Assembly (NCBI GenBank): GCA_965214095.1
Contig: OZ243938.1
Span: 3,072,001-3,136,000 of the forward strand
From: Candidatus Poribacteria bacterium
GTDB lineage: Bacteria; Poribacteria; WGA-4E; WGA-3G
DNA length: 64,000 bases
Direction of reading: 5' to 3'
The position numbers and the translations under genes are program-made. The notes beneath the pieces were generated by a model. That model did no database searches, was not told the origin of the DNA, and saw only the letters and a list, made by a program, of their open reading frames with translations. Shown piece after piece: positions 50,190 through 60,073 of this stretch. Every line of letters starts with the position of its first letter. The first letter of the stretch is position 1.

Positions 50190-52373
50190 CTATACCGTTT
50201 GAGATCGTGGTGTGGTAATAGACTTCTCGGCTATTGCTACTAGTCCGCCTATCACCATTACAGCAACACCGATCCAGACAACACTGATGAGGGGATTATG
50301 GTAGATAGATAGGCTTACATCAGTTTCACTATCTATTTTCTCTGGCATAGACATTTTGCCACCAAGAATTTCCTTAGTTGGCAAAGGTCCAAGGGCAATA
50401 TAGATATCATTCATACCTTGATGTTGTATTGCGGACTCAATCGTATCTTGCTCTCCTTGTCCTGTAGTATAATAGTAGTGGCGTGAGGGTCTCATCGTTC
50501 TTGGTTTCCCACCATTCCTTCTAACTTCAAATTCAACGCCGGATCGTATAAAATTGTCATGTTCTTCCAAAAACGAATCCTTCATCGTAAATTGATAATC
50601 ACCTACATTCATCGATTCACCAAGTTTGAGCCTACCGTTTTCAAGCAAAAAATACCCTTTAGATCCCATTATACCTATGTAGAGAATTACTATACCGATA
50701 TGAACAATGTAACCACCATATCTCCGTTTATTACGTTGAATGAGAAGTCCTAACCCGTTTAGGAAAGATGTTGCTTGCCGTTTAGAACGAAGTTTCGCAC
50801 CACGATAAAATTCACTAAAGATTGCAACAAGTACAAACACACTTGCTAAAACACAAAGTATTGAAAAGATAGGCATCGGTTGACCGCTGAAAGTAATGAA
50901 GTCCCATACACGTGTTAATAAATTAGGCATCGCAACTTCGGCCGCTTCAGCAGATATCTCTGCAGCAGCCTTAGCATGTGCTCTGAAAATGAGAAATAAC
51001 CAAGCAACTACTCCGCCTATCACACCGAGGAATAGTGGAGATTTGAACATACGTTGAAAATTGTTTGGTGTAATCTTTTTCCACGAAATTATGGGACCAG
51101 CACCCGTCAAGAAGAGAAGTATCAATCCTGGAATAATGACAACTTTGTTGAAGAATGATTCGGGGACTGCGGCTTTATCCCCTTGTATCGCTTCAGAGAT
51201 AATCGGCCACAACGTTCCCCATAGGATAATCAATGTCAATCCTACAAATAGCCAATTGTTAAGGACAAATGCACTTTCTTTGGAAAGAAGGGATTCAAGT
51301 CTGTTAGCACTTTTAAGACGTTGCCAACGGTAAGCAATAAGCGCGATAACACCGCCGGTTGAAATGATGATAAAACCCATAAAATACCAACCGATATCTG
51401 ATTGGGCAAATGCATGAACCGATGTAATAATACCACTACGTGTGATAAATGTACCTAATAAGGTAAATTGGAAGGCTAAGGTAATCAGGAGGATATTCCA
51501 CAGTTTGAGCATGTTCCGCTTTTCTTGAATCATTACAGAATGTAGGTAAGCGGTGCCAAGAAGCCACGGCATGAAAGAGGCATTTTCAACTGGATCCCAT
51601 GCCCAGTAACCACCCCATCCGAGTTCTCTATATGCCCAATTTCCTCCCAGTGTAATACCGACAGTCAAAACAATCCAAGAGAACAACATCCATCTACGAG
51701 AACGGTGTATCCAATCGCTGCCGATTCTTCCAGACAGGAGTGCAGCTACAGCAAAAGCAAAAGGAATTGTTAAACTTATCCAACCAATATACAACGTCGG
51801 GGGATGAAACGCCATGCTGGGAGTCTGTAAAAGCGGATTCATGCCTTGACCGTCAACCATTACCTGTCCACCAGGAAATCTGTCAAGCGGGTTATAAACG
51901 CCTTCAATCCATCCGGTAACAACCATAACGAAAAACAGTTGGACAACTGCAATGGGAATCAGTGCGTAATCGGCAAGGTTATCCGCCGCTTTTCTGTTCT
52001 GCCAAACTACGATAGCACCACCGACAGTAAGCAGCCAGAGCCAGAATAGGAGAGAGCCAGACATTCTGCCCCAAAGCGCAGTTATTTTATAAAAGAGGGG
52101 TTGTGCGGCACTGGATACCTCAACGACATACTTCATTGAGAAATCATCCGTCACAAAACTGAAGATTAATGCCCCTGTGGCGATACTGATGAGAATGAAA
52201 GTTGCAACGACAGCGTTTCGTCCACTCTTGATTATGTTCGGTTTTCTTCCGCGTAATCCTATAGAGAGTGAAACAATTGCCCACAATGCAGAGAATATGG
52301 AAAGGAAGATCGCAGCTTGACCGAGTTCGGCTGCAATACTTTGTATACCACCTACAAGTGTGTCCATAAACAT
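50190..52373 (-). CDS. ccmF: Heme lyase CcmF/NrfE family subunit
   Basis: GMNPLLQ...HPP, WAYRELGWGGYWAWDPVENAS (WWD), TFITRSG..SVHAF, YGGYIVH. Confidence 0.96.
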   Translation of the reverse strand: MFMDTLVGGIQSIAAELGQAAIFLSIFSALWAIVSLSIGLRGRKPNIIKSGRNAVVATFILISIATGALIFSFVTDDFSMKYVVEVSSAAQPLFYKITALWGRMSGSLLFWLWLLTVGGAIVVWQNRKAADNLADYALIPIAVVQLFFVMVVTGWIEGVYNPLDRFPGGQVMVDGQGMNPLLQTPSMAFHPPTLYIGWISLTIPFAFAVAALLSGRIGSDWIHRSRRWMLFSWIVLTVGITLGGNWAYRELGWGGYWAWDPVENASFMPWLLGTAYLHSVMIQEKRNMLKLWNILLITLAFQFTLLGTFITRSGIITSVHAFAQSDIGWYFMGFIIISTGGVIALIAYRWQRLKSANRLESLLSKESAFVLNNWLFVGLTLIILWGTLWPIISEAIQGDKAAVPESFFNKVVIIPGLILLFLTGAGPIISWKKITPNNFQRMFKSPLFLGVIGGVVAWLFLIFRAHAKAAAEISAEAAEVAMPNLLTRVWDFITFSGQPMPIFSILCVLASVFVLVAIFSEFYRGAKLRSKRQATSFLNGLGLLIQRNKRRYGGYIVHIGIVILYIGIMGSKGYFLLENGRLKLGESMNVGDYQFTMKDSFLEEHDNFIRSGVEFEVRRNGGKPRTMRPSRHYYYTTGQGEQDTIESAIQHQGMNDIYIALGPLPTKEILGGKMSMPEKIDSETDVSLSIYHNPLISVVWIGVAVMVIGGLVAIAEKSITTPRSQTV

Positions 52374-52416
52374 TCTGCTCCTCTACTTCTCTGACTGTGA
52401 TACGGCAAAATAGGCT

Positions 52417-52866
52417 TTAATACGACCCTTCAGTCGTTTTGGCACTTTCAGCCTCTTCATATTTGGAAGCACACTTCGTGGTTACCTTATTGGCAATTAT
52501 TACGTTCTGTTTCGCATCGTATTTGCCTTCAACAAAAACATTGCCGCCATCAATGAAGTTATCGGGTTTAAGCTTGTTATAAATCACGTTGACTGTCTCG
52601 GTGTCTTCAATCTTTGTTTCAGTTTCTTCAAGTTCACGCACAGCAAAGGTTAACTTAAATTCGTCTGCATTCCATTTAGTGCTCTCTTCAGAGATGGCAC
52701 CAACAAGCTGCACATTTTGATTATCCATAGTTTCAGCATTGGCAATAAGTTTCACAGGTGTCAACTCCCGCATACTCTCTTTTTTTGTCATCGCTAATAC
52801 TAAAATCACGAAACCGCTGAGCAAAATAAGACTGGCTGCAAATACTTTTAGTCTTCTCTGTTTCAT
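52417..52866 (-). CDS. ccmE: Heme chaperone CcmE (CxxxY variant)
   Basis: TM, KPDNF...VFVEG, TKCASKY; AGGAGG RBS before ATG 52866. Confidence 0.85.
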   Translation of the reverse strand: MKQRRLKVFAASLILLSGFVILVLAMTKKESMRELTPVKLIANAETMDNQNVQLVGAISEESTKWNADEFKLTFAVRELEETETKIEDTETVNVIYNKLKPDNFIDGGNVFVEGKYDAKQNVIIANKVTTKCASKYEEAESAKTTEGSY

Positions 52867-53013
52867 GTGTTCATCCTCCTTGACATTACAAGTCTTTGAA
52901 AACACTCTCACCCAATAGACATGGGATACGTGTATAGAAATCTCCTTGTCTCTACTTTTGTCATTGAAACCAGTAAATCGGATGGGAATAAGTTCATTCT
53001 CCTTAAATAATAC

Positions 53014-53043
53014 TTGACTTTGTATTTAAAATCAAGGTAAAAT
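53014..53043 (+). promoter_or_regulatory. Putative sigma70 promoter of the DapA-like gene
   Basis: TTGACT-18 nt-TAAAAT. Confidence 0.4.
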
Positions 53044-53209
53044 AGATTCAAATTGAACTGTATTACGGAATTCCGTGTATATCCAAATATGAATCATTTC
53101 AGATTTACAGCTTTTCATAAAAAAAACATGTTCGTAGTCGCGCAATTCCTTGTGCCTCTTATATTGACCATATTCCCCATCTCAGATAAAGAGAGGTCTA
53201 GTATTACCC

Positions 53210-54157
53210 ATGAATTTTAATTGGCAGCATCACCCATGGGCAGGTGTATTCCCCGCAACCCTATGCCCTTTCCATTCAGATGAATCGATTGACGAAGAAG
53301 GTTTACGTCAGTATATGCAGGAACTTGCCAGTGTTGATGGCATAAAAGGTGTTGTCTGTAATGGACACACAGGTGAAATCATGTCCCTGCGTTTGCAGGA
53401 AAGACAACGTGTCACACAAATCACAGCAGAAGCAGTTGGTGATAAGGTTAAGGTTGTTTCTGGTATTAGTGCGGAAGGAAGTCTACCTGCAATTGACGAT
53501 GCACTCGCAGCGAAAGAAGCAGGTGCAGATGCAATTCTACTGATGCCTGCACATCACTGGTTGCGTTTCGGTAGAACACCTGAAACCGCAGTCGGCTATT
53601 TCCAAGATGTCGCAGAGGGCGCGGACATACCTATTATTGTGCATCAATATCCTGCTTGGACAAAAACTGGATATAGTCTTGAAGAGATGTCAGAGATGGT
53701 GAAAATCCCGCAAGTTGTCTGTATTAAAATGGGTACTCGTGATATGGCACGTTGGCGGTGGGATTATGAACAACTTAAAGAGGCTGCTCCTGAAGTGCCA
53801 ATCTTAACCTGCCATGATGAATATCTACTCGCTTCCCTATTAGAAGGTAGCGATGGTGCGCTTATCGGATTTGCAGGTTTTGTTCCCGAATTGATGGTGG
53901 CAGTAGTCCACGCCGCACTCAACAATGATTTGATAGGAGCACGTAAGGCACGTAATCAGGTTGATACATTGGCTCGGATTGTCTACAATTTCGGTGAACC
54001 GAGTAGTGATGCACATCAACGTATGAAATGTGCTAGATGGTTGATGGGCAGATTCCCATCAATGACCATGCGTCGCCCCTTGCGTCAATTGTTCACTTCT
54101 GAAATAGATAAAATTCGAAATGAGTTGGAGTCGGTTGGGTATCAATGTATTAACTAA
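53210..54157 (+). CDS. Dihydrodipicolinate synthase / N-acetylneuraminate lyase family class I aldolase
   Basis: NGHTGE, AKEAGADAILL, Schiff-base CIK, RRPL; divergent from true DapA. Confidence 0.85.
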   Translation: MNFNWQHHPWAGVFPATLCPFHSDESIDEEGLRQYMQELASVDGIKGVVCNGHTGEIMSLRLQERQRVTQITAEAVGDKVKVVSGISAEGSLPAIDDALAAKEAGADAILLMPAHHWLRFGRTPETAVGYFQDVAEGADIPIIVHQYPAWTKTGYSLEEMSEMVKIPQVVCIKMGTRDMARWRWDYEQLKEAAPEVPILTCHDEYLLASLLEGSDGALIGFAGFVPELMVAVVHAALNNDLIGARKARNQVDTLARIVYNFGEPSSDAHQRMKCARWLMGRFPSMTMRRPLRQLFTSEIDKIRNELESVGYQCIN

Positions 54158-54184
54158 ATATAATGGTTGATTGGATTAAGCACT

Positions 54185-55645
54185 CTACGGTGTTGAATTG
54201 TTGAGTTTTTGAAGTTGTTCCTCAATAAAAGTTTTGAGTTTTTGTTGTCCCTGCTGTTCTGCAAGTTCTAAGGCAGTTTGGAAATCTAAATTTGCGCCAT
54301 CAAAGTTTTTTAAGTTAACCTTTGCAGCACCGCGGTAGGTGAAGGATTCAGCATAGTCAGATTTAAGACGAATTGCTTCGGTGAAGTCAAGAATTGCAGA
54401 ATTGAGATCTCCTTGTCGCATTTTCTCAAATGCTCTATTGTAGTAAGCCATAGCATAACTTGGATTTATTCGAATTGCGTGTGTATAATCTGCTAGTGCT
54501 TGATTATGGTGCTTAAGCATGCTATGTGAAATACCTCTGTTGTTGTAAGCTTCTGCGTAATCAGGTTTTATACGAATAGCTTCGGAATAATCAACGAGTG
54601 CTTCTGCATGCTGACCTAATTTATCCTTTGAAAAACCGCGTAGATTATATGCCTCCGTGAAATCTGATTTTAGCTCAATTGCCTTATCATAATCTAAGAT
54701 AGCCCGCTCATGTTCTCCGAGTTCATTTTTGGTAGTTGCCCGAAAATAAAATATTTCGGATGACTCAATTCCTAACTCAATCGCTTCATCAAAATCAACA
54801 AGTGCTGATTTGTTTCTACCAAGATGTTTTTTCGCATATCCTCTAACAGCATAGGTTTTGACAAATGATGGATCTAACTTGATCACTATATCAAAATCAG
54901 CAATCGCGGATTCATGCTGTCCTGAACTACCCTTCACACAACCCCGTGTGAAGTAAAGTTCGGCAGAATCAGGACTTAACTCAATTGTCTTATCAAGATC
55001 AATAATTGCTTCTTCGTGTTTGCCAAGTTTTTGAAAGGTTACTCCTCGATTGTAGTAAGCCTCAAGAAAATTGGGGTTTAGTGCAATTGCGTTGCTATAA
55101 GCAAAAAGTGCTTTTTCTATCCTTTTCCCTTGATAGAGAAGAAAACCAATTGAGAAGAAAGCATAGGCAGCGAGATCGTCTTCAGTTCCAGTTTCAAATG
55201 TTTCTTTCTCGGCCAATTTCGGAGATTGTTCTGTCAGTTTAGGAACATAATTATCTTCGTAATCGTTAATGAGACGTATAACCAATTCCATTAACGGAGT
55301 TAATGGGTGATTCTCGTTGTCACCAACAGAATAGACTAATTCTTCAAGGACGTTATCAAGCCACTCATACTCGTCTTCTGTCAAATTGATGACACCGTAA
55401 TGTCCGTGTTGGTTTCCAAATTCGATTAATCCATCTAACACCTCTACTAACCATTGATAGGCACTTTCAGGATATGTTGTAGACACAATAGGGGTAGATC
55501 GGTGAATATGTGTCTGAATCTGTATAGGTTCAGCACTCGCGAACAATTGAGAATCGCTCGGAATCACATCGGATAATACAGGATCAGTTCTTAAATCCTT
55601 TAGCATTGGTGGTGTATTGAACGTATCTTGTGTATCCATCAACAT
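54185..55645 (-). CDS. HigA-like antitoxin region fused to nine TPR repeats
   Basis: TEDEYEWLDNVLEELVYSVGDNENHPLTPLMELVIRLINDYEDNYVP (HigA-like), then nine 34-aa TPRs (e.g. EAYYNRG, EAYNNRG); starts 3 nt after the higB stop. Confidence 0.75.
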   Translation of the reverse strand: MLMDTQDTFNTPPMLKDLRTDPVLSDVIPSDSQLFASAEPIQIQTHIHRSTPIVSTTYPESAYQWLVEVLDGLIEFGNQHGHYGVINLTEDEYEWLDNVLEELVYSVGDNENHPLTPLMELVIRLINDYEDNYVPKLTEQSPKLAEKETFETGTEDDLAAYAFFSIGFLLYQGKRIEKALFAYSNAIALNPNFLEAYYNRGVTFQKLGKHEEAIIDLDKTIELSPDSAELYFTRGCVKGSSGQHESAIADFDIVIKLDPSFVKTYAVRGYAKKHLGRNKSALVDFDEAIELGIESSEIFYFRATTKNELGEHERAILDYDKAIELKSDFTEAYNLRGFSKDKLGQHAEALVDYSEAIRIKPDYAEAYNNRGISHSMLKHHNQALADYTHAIRINPSYAMAYYNRAFEKMRQGDLNSAILDFTEAIRLKSDYAESFTYRGAAKVNLKNFDGANLDFQTALELAEQQGQQKLKTFIEEQLQKLNNSTP

Positions 55646-55648
55646 AAT

Positions 55649-55972
55649 TTACCTCTTCCAGCCGCCTCTATCATATTCTTCGTGTGTGAGCACGTGCATA
55701 ATAGAAACTTCATGCCTTTTGTAATTAATGAATGTTATAAGGCGTACACTCCTACCGATGTTGAAAACTGTCAATGTTGTTCTTTCCCCTGGTTGACTAA
55801 ACTTTCCTGGTCTTGCTGGGACTGGATCCGCTTGAGGAAACGTCTCACGCAAATCTGTAATAGATTCAAAAGTGTCTTCTTCCATCAACTTAGACCACCG
55901 CTCAAGTCTTTGTCTGGTAGTTGGATGTCTCTTTGCAAATCTATCCAGTTTTCTTCGTCCAGTTATATGCAT
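55649..55972 (-). CDS. higB: HigB family type II toxin (RelE superfamily mRNase)
   Basis: MHITGRRKLDRFAKRHP...W...DLRETFPQAD...VFNIG...RLITFINY...VLTHEEYDR. Confidence 0.88.
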   Translation of the reverse strand: MHITGRRKLDRFAKRHPTTRQRLERWSKLMEEDTFESITDLRETFPQADPVPARPGKFSQPGERTTLTVFNIGRSVRLITFINYKRHEVSIMHVLTHEEYDRGGWKR

Positions 55973-56028
55973 TAGTTATTTTGAGTAGGAACCTTTTTAT
56001 ATGTGCTTGCAGCGGTTTTTACAATATT

Positions 56029-56058
56029 ATTATACCATACCAAGCCCTAAGTTGTCAA
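56029..56058 (-). promoter_or_regulatory. Consensus sigma70 promoter for the higB-TPR operon
   Basis: Minus strand TTGACA-18 nt-TATAAT with TG extension. Confidence 0.7.
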
Positions 56059-56102
56059 AAATTGGATTAGTGATAGTATCTTAATGCCTGAAGAGATTAA
56101 AG

Positions 56103-56132
56103 TTGACTTTTAAATAGAAAATTAAATATAAT
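56103..56132 (+). promoter_or_regulatory. Putative sigma70 promoter for the oxidoreductase at 56229
   Basis: TTGACT-18 nt-TATAAT, divergent from the higB promoter. Confidence 0.55.
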
Positions 56133-56228
56133 GGTTAGATGAAAACAATCTATAATATGACTAAGGACCAGAGAATCGTGTATAAAGTCAGGCTTGTAGC
56201 ACAAACTATCCGAAACTTAAAATAGAAT

Positions 56229-57449
56229 ATGCCACAATTAAAATTAAAATATGCATTGATCGGACACGGACGACGCGGTTCGGCACATCTATCAACCGCA
56301 GCAGCACTAAAAGATACTTTTGAAATCGTCGCGGTCTGTGATGCACACCAAGGATCAGCAGAAGCAGGTGCAGCAAGAGTCGGTGTAAAAGCATACACCG
56401 ATGTCCGTAAGATGATTGACGAAACATCTCCTGATGTCTGTGATGTAGTCGTCCCTGTGCAACTACACCATATCGTATCCTGCTATCTCTCCCGTCGCGG
56501 CATCTCACATAACGTTGAAACAGGTCTTTCATCGACTCTCGGTTTGATGGATATGATGATAGCAGATGCTGCTGAAAATGGAGTAAAACTCCAAACATCA
56601 GAGAACTTCCCCTTTGTCCCCGTTGAACAGTTTGTCTGCAAACTTATTCACGAAGATGTAATAGGTATGGTACATAAGTGCTATCGTCTATTTTCCACAA
56701 CTGGCTACCACGGCCTTGCAGCAATACGGTGTAGGATGAACGCAGCCCCTACATCTGTAAGTAGTATAGGTCATTCGATGCCTGTTGTGCCTTATGTTGA
56801 CAGGGCAAAACGCGATTTCAATAGTGAAAGTCTTGAATTCTACGCAATCAATTTTGCCAGCGGTGGAATCGGCATAGCCATGGTAGGTAACAAGAACGGT
56901 TGTCTTGGACGTAATAAACTCGTCGGTTTTGAGACGTGCGGTGAACGCGGCACAATTATCACAAACGGCAACCAAGGTGCAACTGGAGGAGAAACCGTCA
57001 ACGTCTGCACCAACGAGGATATTAGTCAAAATGCAGGCAGAGCACAAACTTACGAATTTCAGAGAGAATATAGTGAGAATAAAGTGCTGCAACGCATTTA
57101 TGTGGAACTTCCCGAATCTCTCGGTGGCACGATTGAATGGCTTAATCCTTACAGGAATACTCAAATTTCCGAGGGTGGAATTTCACTCGCGACCATGCTT
57201 GATGGTATAGCAACCGCAGTGAGAGAGGACACACAACCGATCTGGACAGGAGAAATGGGTAGAGCGGATCAGGAGATGGTCATCGCAAGAAACCGTTCTG
57301 TCCAATCAAATCGGCAGCCTATTCAACTCCCACTCTCACCAGATCCAGCAGAAGAAGCAGCATTTGACCGAAATTTTAAGAAACAATTTGGGGTTCATCC
57401 CCGAGAAGATATTGAAAAAGCATTACAAGTAAATTTCAAAGCGCGTTAA
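56229..57449 (+). CDS. Gfo/Idh/MocA family oxidoreductase (divergent)
   Basis: ALIGHGRRGSAH, VAVCD; VETG in place of EKP; ENF. Confidence 0.8.
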   Translation: MPQLKLKYALIGHGRRGSAHLSTAAALKDTFEIVAVCDAHQGSAEAGAARVGVKAYTDVRKMIDETSPDVCDVVVPVQLHHIVSCYLSRRGISHNVETGLSSTLGLMDMMIADAAENGVKLQTSENFPFVPVEQFVCKLIHEDVIGMVHKCYRLFSTTGYHGLAAIRCRMNAAPTSVSSIGHSMPVVPYVDRAKRDFNSESLEFYAINFASGGIGIAMVGNKNGCLGRNKLVGFETCGERGTIITNGNQGATGGETVNVCTNEDISQNAGRAQTYEFQREYSENKVLQRIYVELPESLGGTIEWLNPYRNTQISEGGISLATMLDGIATAVREDTQPIWTGEMGRADQEMVIARNRSVQSNRQPIQLPLSPDPAEEAAFDRNFKKQFGVHPREDIEKALQVNFKAR

Positions 57450-57467
57450 AGAAATGTCAGATATATT

Positions 57468-57493
57468 GTAGGGTTGGGTCTCTGTGCCTACCC
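57468..57493 (+). repeat. GTAG REP-like hairpin
   Basis: GTAGGGTTGGGTCTCTGTGCCTACCC; same loop as the 59539 copy. Confidence 0.55.
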
Positions 57494-57551
57494 AAAATCG
57501 CAAGCAGTTATTGGATAGAGGTCTTACAAACCTAACAACAGAAGGTAAAAT

Positions 57552-58523
57552 ATGAAAGAAATTAAAATTGGTTTTATTGGATCAGGTGGCAACGCAAACG
57601 GACACATGAATCGGCTATCAGAAATGGAAGGTGCGAATGTCGTTGCAGTCTGCGATATAATAGAGCAAAAGGCACAAAATGCAGCTGAAAAACACAGTGC
57701 CGACCCTTATACTGATCACCGAGAAATGCTGGAACGGGATGATTTAGATGCTATCTATCTAAGTCTACCTGTGTTTGTTCATGGACAACCTGAGTTAGAC
57801 GTGATTGAACGTGGCTTACCATTCTTGGTTGAAAAACCCGTAGCAATTACCATGGACATCGCACGAGAAGTAGAAGCAGCAGTGACAAAAGCCGGATTGA
57901 TTACCTGTGTTGGCTATCAACTGCGTTATCTTGGTTCAACAAAGATAACCCAAGAAATCCTCGCAGGAAAAACAATCAACATGGCTGTCGGTAAGTACTG
58001 GTGTGGTACTGGGCGTGGTAATCCGGAAGGATGGTTGCGACAGATGAGTAAATCAGGGGGACAATTGGTTGAACAAGCCACGCACACAGTTGACATGATG
58101 CGTAACTTACTTGGTGAAGTGGATTCGGTCTTTGCGATGCAAGCAAATCGCACTCTCAAGGAGATTGATTGTCCAGATAGCAATAGCGTTTCACTACAAT
58201 TTTCCAGTGGTGCAGTCGGTTCTTTGACCGCAGCATGGGCGTATACTGGTGGTTGGGACAATGCCAATGTCTTAGATATCCTATATGATGGTGAAATGTT
58301 GAACTGGAATCCTGCAAGGGTCCATTGCAAAGAAGATGGTGAATGGGTAGAAAAAACAGATCCCGGTCCCACCATAGATGAAGTCTTTGTGAACGCAGTC
58401 CGTAGTGGTGATGCATCTCAGATATTGAGTCCCTATACCGATGCGGTCAAAACGCTTGCGATTTCACTCGCAGCAAATCTCTCTGCACAAGAAAATAGAC
58501 CGGTAGAACTTTCTTCGTTGTAA
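57552..58523 (+). CDS. Gfo/Idh/MocA family oxidoreductase
   Basis: IGFIGSGGNA, VEKP, VGYQLRY, SGGQLVEQATHTVD. Confidence 0.92.
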   Translation: MKEIKIGFIGSGGNANGHMNRLSEMEGANVVAVCDIIEQKAQNAAEKHSADPYTDHREMLERDDLDAIYLSLPVFVHGQPELDVIERGLPFLVEKPVAITMDIAREVEAAVTKAGLITCVGYQLRYLGSTKITQEILAGKTINMAVGKYWCGTGRGNPEGWLRQMSKSGGQLVEQATHTVDMMRNLLGEVDSVFAMQANRTLKEIDCPDSNSVSLQFSSGAVGSLTAAWAYTGGWDNANVLDILYDGEMLNWNPARVHCKEDGEWVEKTDPGPTIDEVFVNAVRSGDASQILSPYTDAVKTLAISLAANLSAQENRPVELSSL

Positions 58524-58532
58524 GGTAGAACT

Positions 58533-59516
58533 ATGCCAAAAAAATATCGCGTAGCAATCGTTGGGTGCGGTGGTATTTCGCATGCACACGGCAATGCTTG
58601 GAGAAACGTGCCAGAAATTGAGATCGTCGGTGCATGCGACGAGAAATTTGAGTCTCTATCCCGTTTTGCCACCGAATATGAAGTTGAGAATACTTACAAC
58701 GACCTTCGGCAGATGTTGGAAAAACAGAACCCGGATGTCCTTGTCGTAGCAACGTGGCCCTCAAGCCATCTCAAAAATGTGTTGGAAGCAGTGCGTTGCG
58801 GAATTAAGGGAATCCTCGTTGAAAAGCCAATTGCTGTCAATACATCCCAGCTTGAACAGATGATACAGGTGACAGAACGAGCAAATATCCTCTTAATGGA
58901 AGCGTTCATGTATCGTCATCATCCATTAACATTAGCAGTAAAGGAAAAGGTGGAAGAAGGTGCAATCGGAGAAGTCCGATACGCACGTTCCACTTTTTCG
59001 ACTGGACTCATGGATAGAACAAATTGGCGGCTAAGAGGTGATCTCGGTGGTGGTGCTGTCATGGATTTAGGCTGCTACTGTATCAACATCATCCGTCACC
59101 TCATCGGACGCGAACCACAATCGGCATGGGCAACTGGAAAGTATGAACCGATTAACAATGTTTGGGAAACTCTCATCGGTACAATGGACTTTGGTGATGG
59201 TGTTACAGGACAATTCGATTGTAGTTTCGGATGGACATGGCGTGAGTGTTATGAAGTTACTGGAACAGAGGGCACTCTCTATGTCCAGTCAGCATGGGGC
59301 AATCGTGAAGGGGAATCGCACTTCACCGTCAACGGGGAGACTATTAGCGTTACAGGTGTAAATCCGTATGCTGCCGAAATATTGAATCTTTGTGAAGCAG
59401 TAGAAAACAGCACCCCACTCCACTTACCTATTTCAGATGCGTTAGGAAACATGCGTGTCATAGATGCATTACACGAATCTGCACATACTGGACAACGCAT
59501 TCACGTGCCAAACTAA
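58533..59516 (+). CDS. Gfo/Idh/MocA family oxidoreductase
   Basis: AIVGCGGI, VEKP, MEAFMYRHHP, GGGAVMDLGCY. Confidence 0.92.
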   Translation: MPKKYRVAIVGCGGISHAHGNAWRNVPEIEIVGACDEKFESLSRFATEYEVENTYNDLRQMLEKQNPDVLVVATWPSSHLKNVLEAVRCGIKGILVEKPIAVNTSQLEQMIQVTERANILLMEAFMYRHHPLTLAVKEKVEEGAIGEVRYARSTFSTGLMDRTNWRLRGDLGGGAVMDLGCYCINIIRHLIGREPQSAWATGKYEPINNVWETLIGTMDFGDGVTGQFDCSFGWTWRECYEVTGTEGTLYVQSAWGNREGESHFTVNGETISVTGVNPYAAEILNLCEAVENSTPLHLPISDALGNMRVIDALHESAHTGQRIHVPN

Positions 59517-59538
59517 CCTTTGACCTTGACAATCACAT

Positions 59539-59563
59539 GTAGGTCGGGGTCTCTGTGCCCGAC
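59539..59563 (+). repeat. GTAG REP-like hairpin
   Basis: GTAG-GTCGGG-GTCTCTGTG-CCCGAC, followed at 59567 by a partial copy of the 35647 element end. Confidence 0.55.
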
Positions 59564-59648
59564 ATGTTGTCTGGACCAAGATTTACAGGGTTAGACTCAT
59601 CTCATCTAACAAGGGATTCGTCTGATAGATACACCAAGAATGTCTAAC

Positions 59649-59770
59649 GTCATAGTGACCCACAACCTAAAGGTTGGGACTTGTGCTTCACAGACAGTGC
59701 CGATCAGAGCTACGTCTTAATCCGTCTCCACAGTGGTTGCTAAGCCAACCACTTGCCAGAAGGCAACTAT
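59649..59770 (-). ncRNA. Candidate TnpB omega/reRNA scaffold
   Basis: AGTGGTTG/CAACCACT hairpin, then TGTGGAGACGG.TTAAGAC...GCACTGTC.GTGAAGCA and the terminal TTTA-loop hairpin, matching the layout of tnpB right ends as I recall it. Confidence 0.5.
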
Positions 59771-60073
59771 TTATTTTGATGCGTGTTTTTCAAACGGGAT
59801 GCGATATTTCAATCGTCTTTCCCTACTAACGCACAGTATTATATCAAACGACCCGTCAGGACTATTGTTCTGATAGAACTTAGACACTATAGAAATGACT
59901 GAAGCTTTTACATAGCAGGTTTCAGTGTCAAGCTTATAGCCGAAAAGCCTCTACTATAACCAATGCTGAAGTCTAATAAGTAGACGATTGATAATAAAAA
60001 AGGTTGAGATAATTTTAGAAAAAAAGCCGTCTACATCCCACAAGTTAAAGCATGGGGATTTGACGGAAGATCG
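59649..60073 (-). mobile_element. Non-autonomous IS200/IS605 (IS1341-like) derivative lacking tnpA and tnpB
   Basis: Left-end hairpin CCGTC..ATCCCC..GGGAT..GACGG (60027-60066) preceded by GTTAA; right-end hairpin CCCAACC-TTTA-GGTTGTGGG then TCACTATGAC; no long ORF between. Confidence 0.6.

Noticed and set aside
52908-52997. 29-codon ORF upstream of ccmE as ccmD or a leader peptide
   Set aside because: The SD sits only 1 nt from the ATG, and the peptide has no TM helix as CcmD would need.
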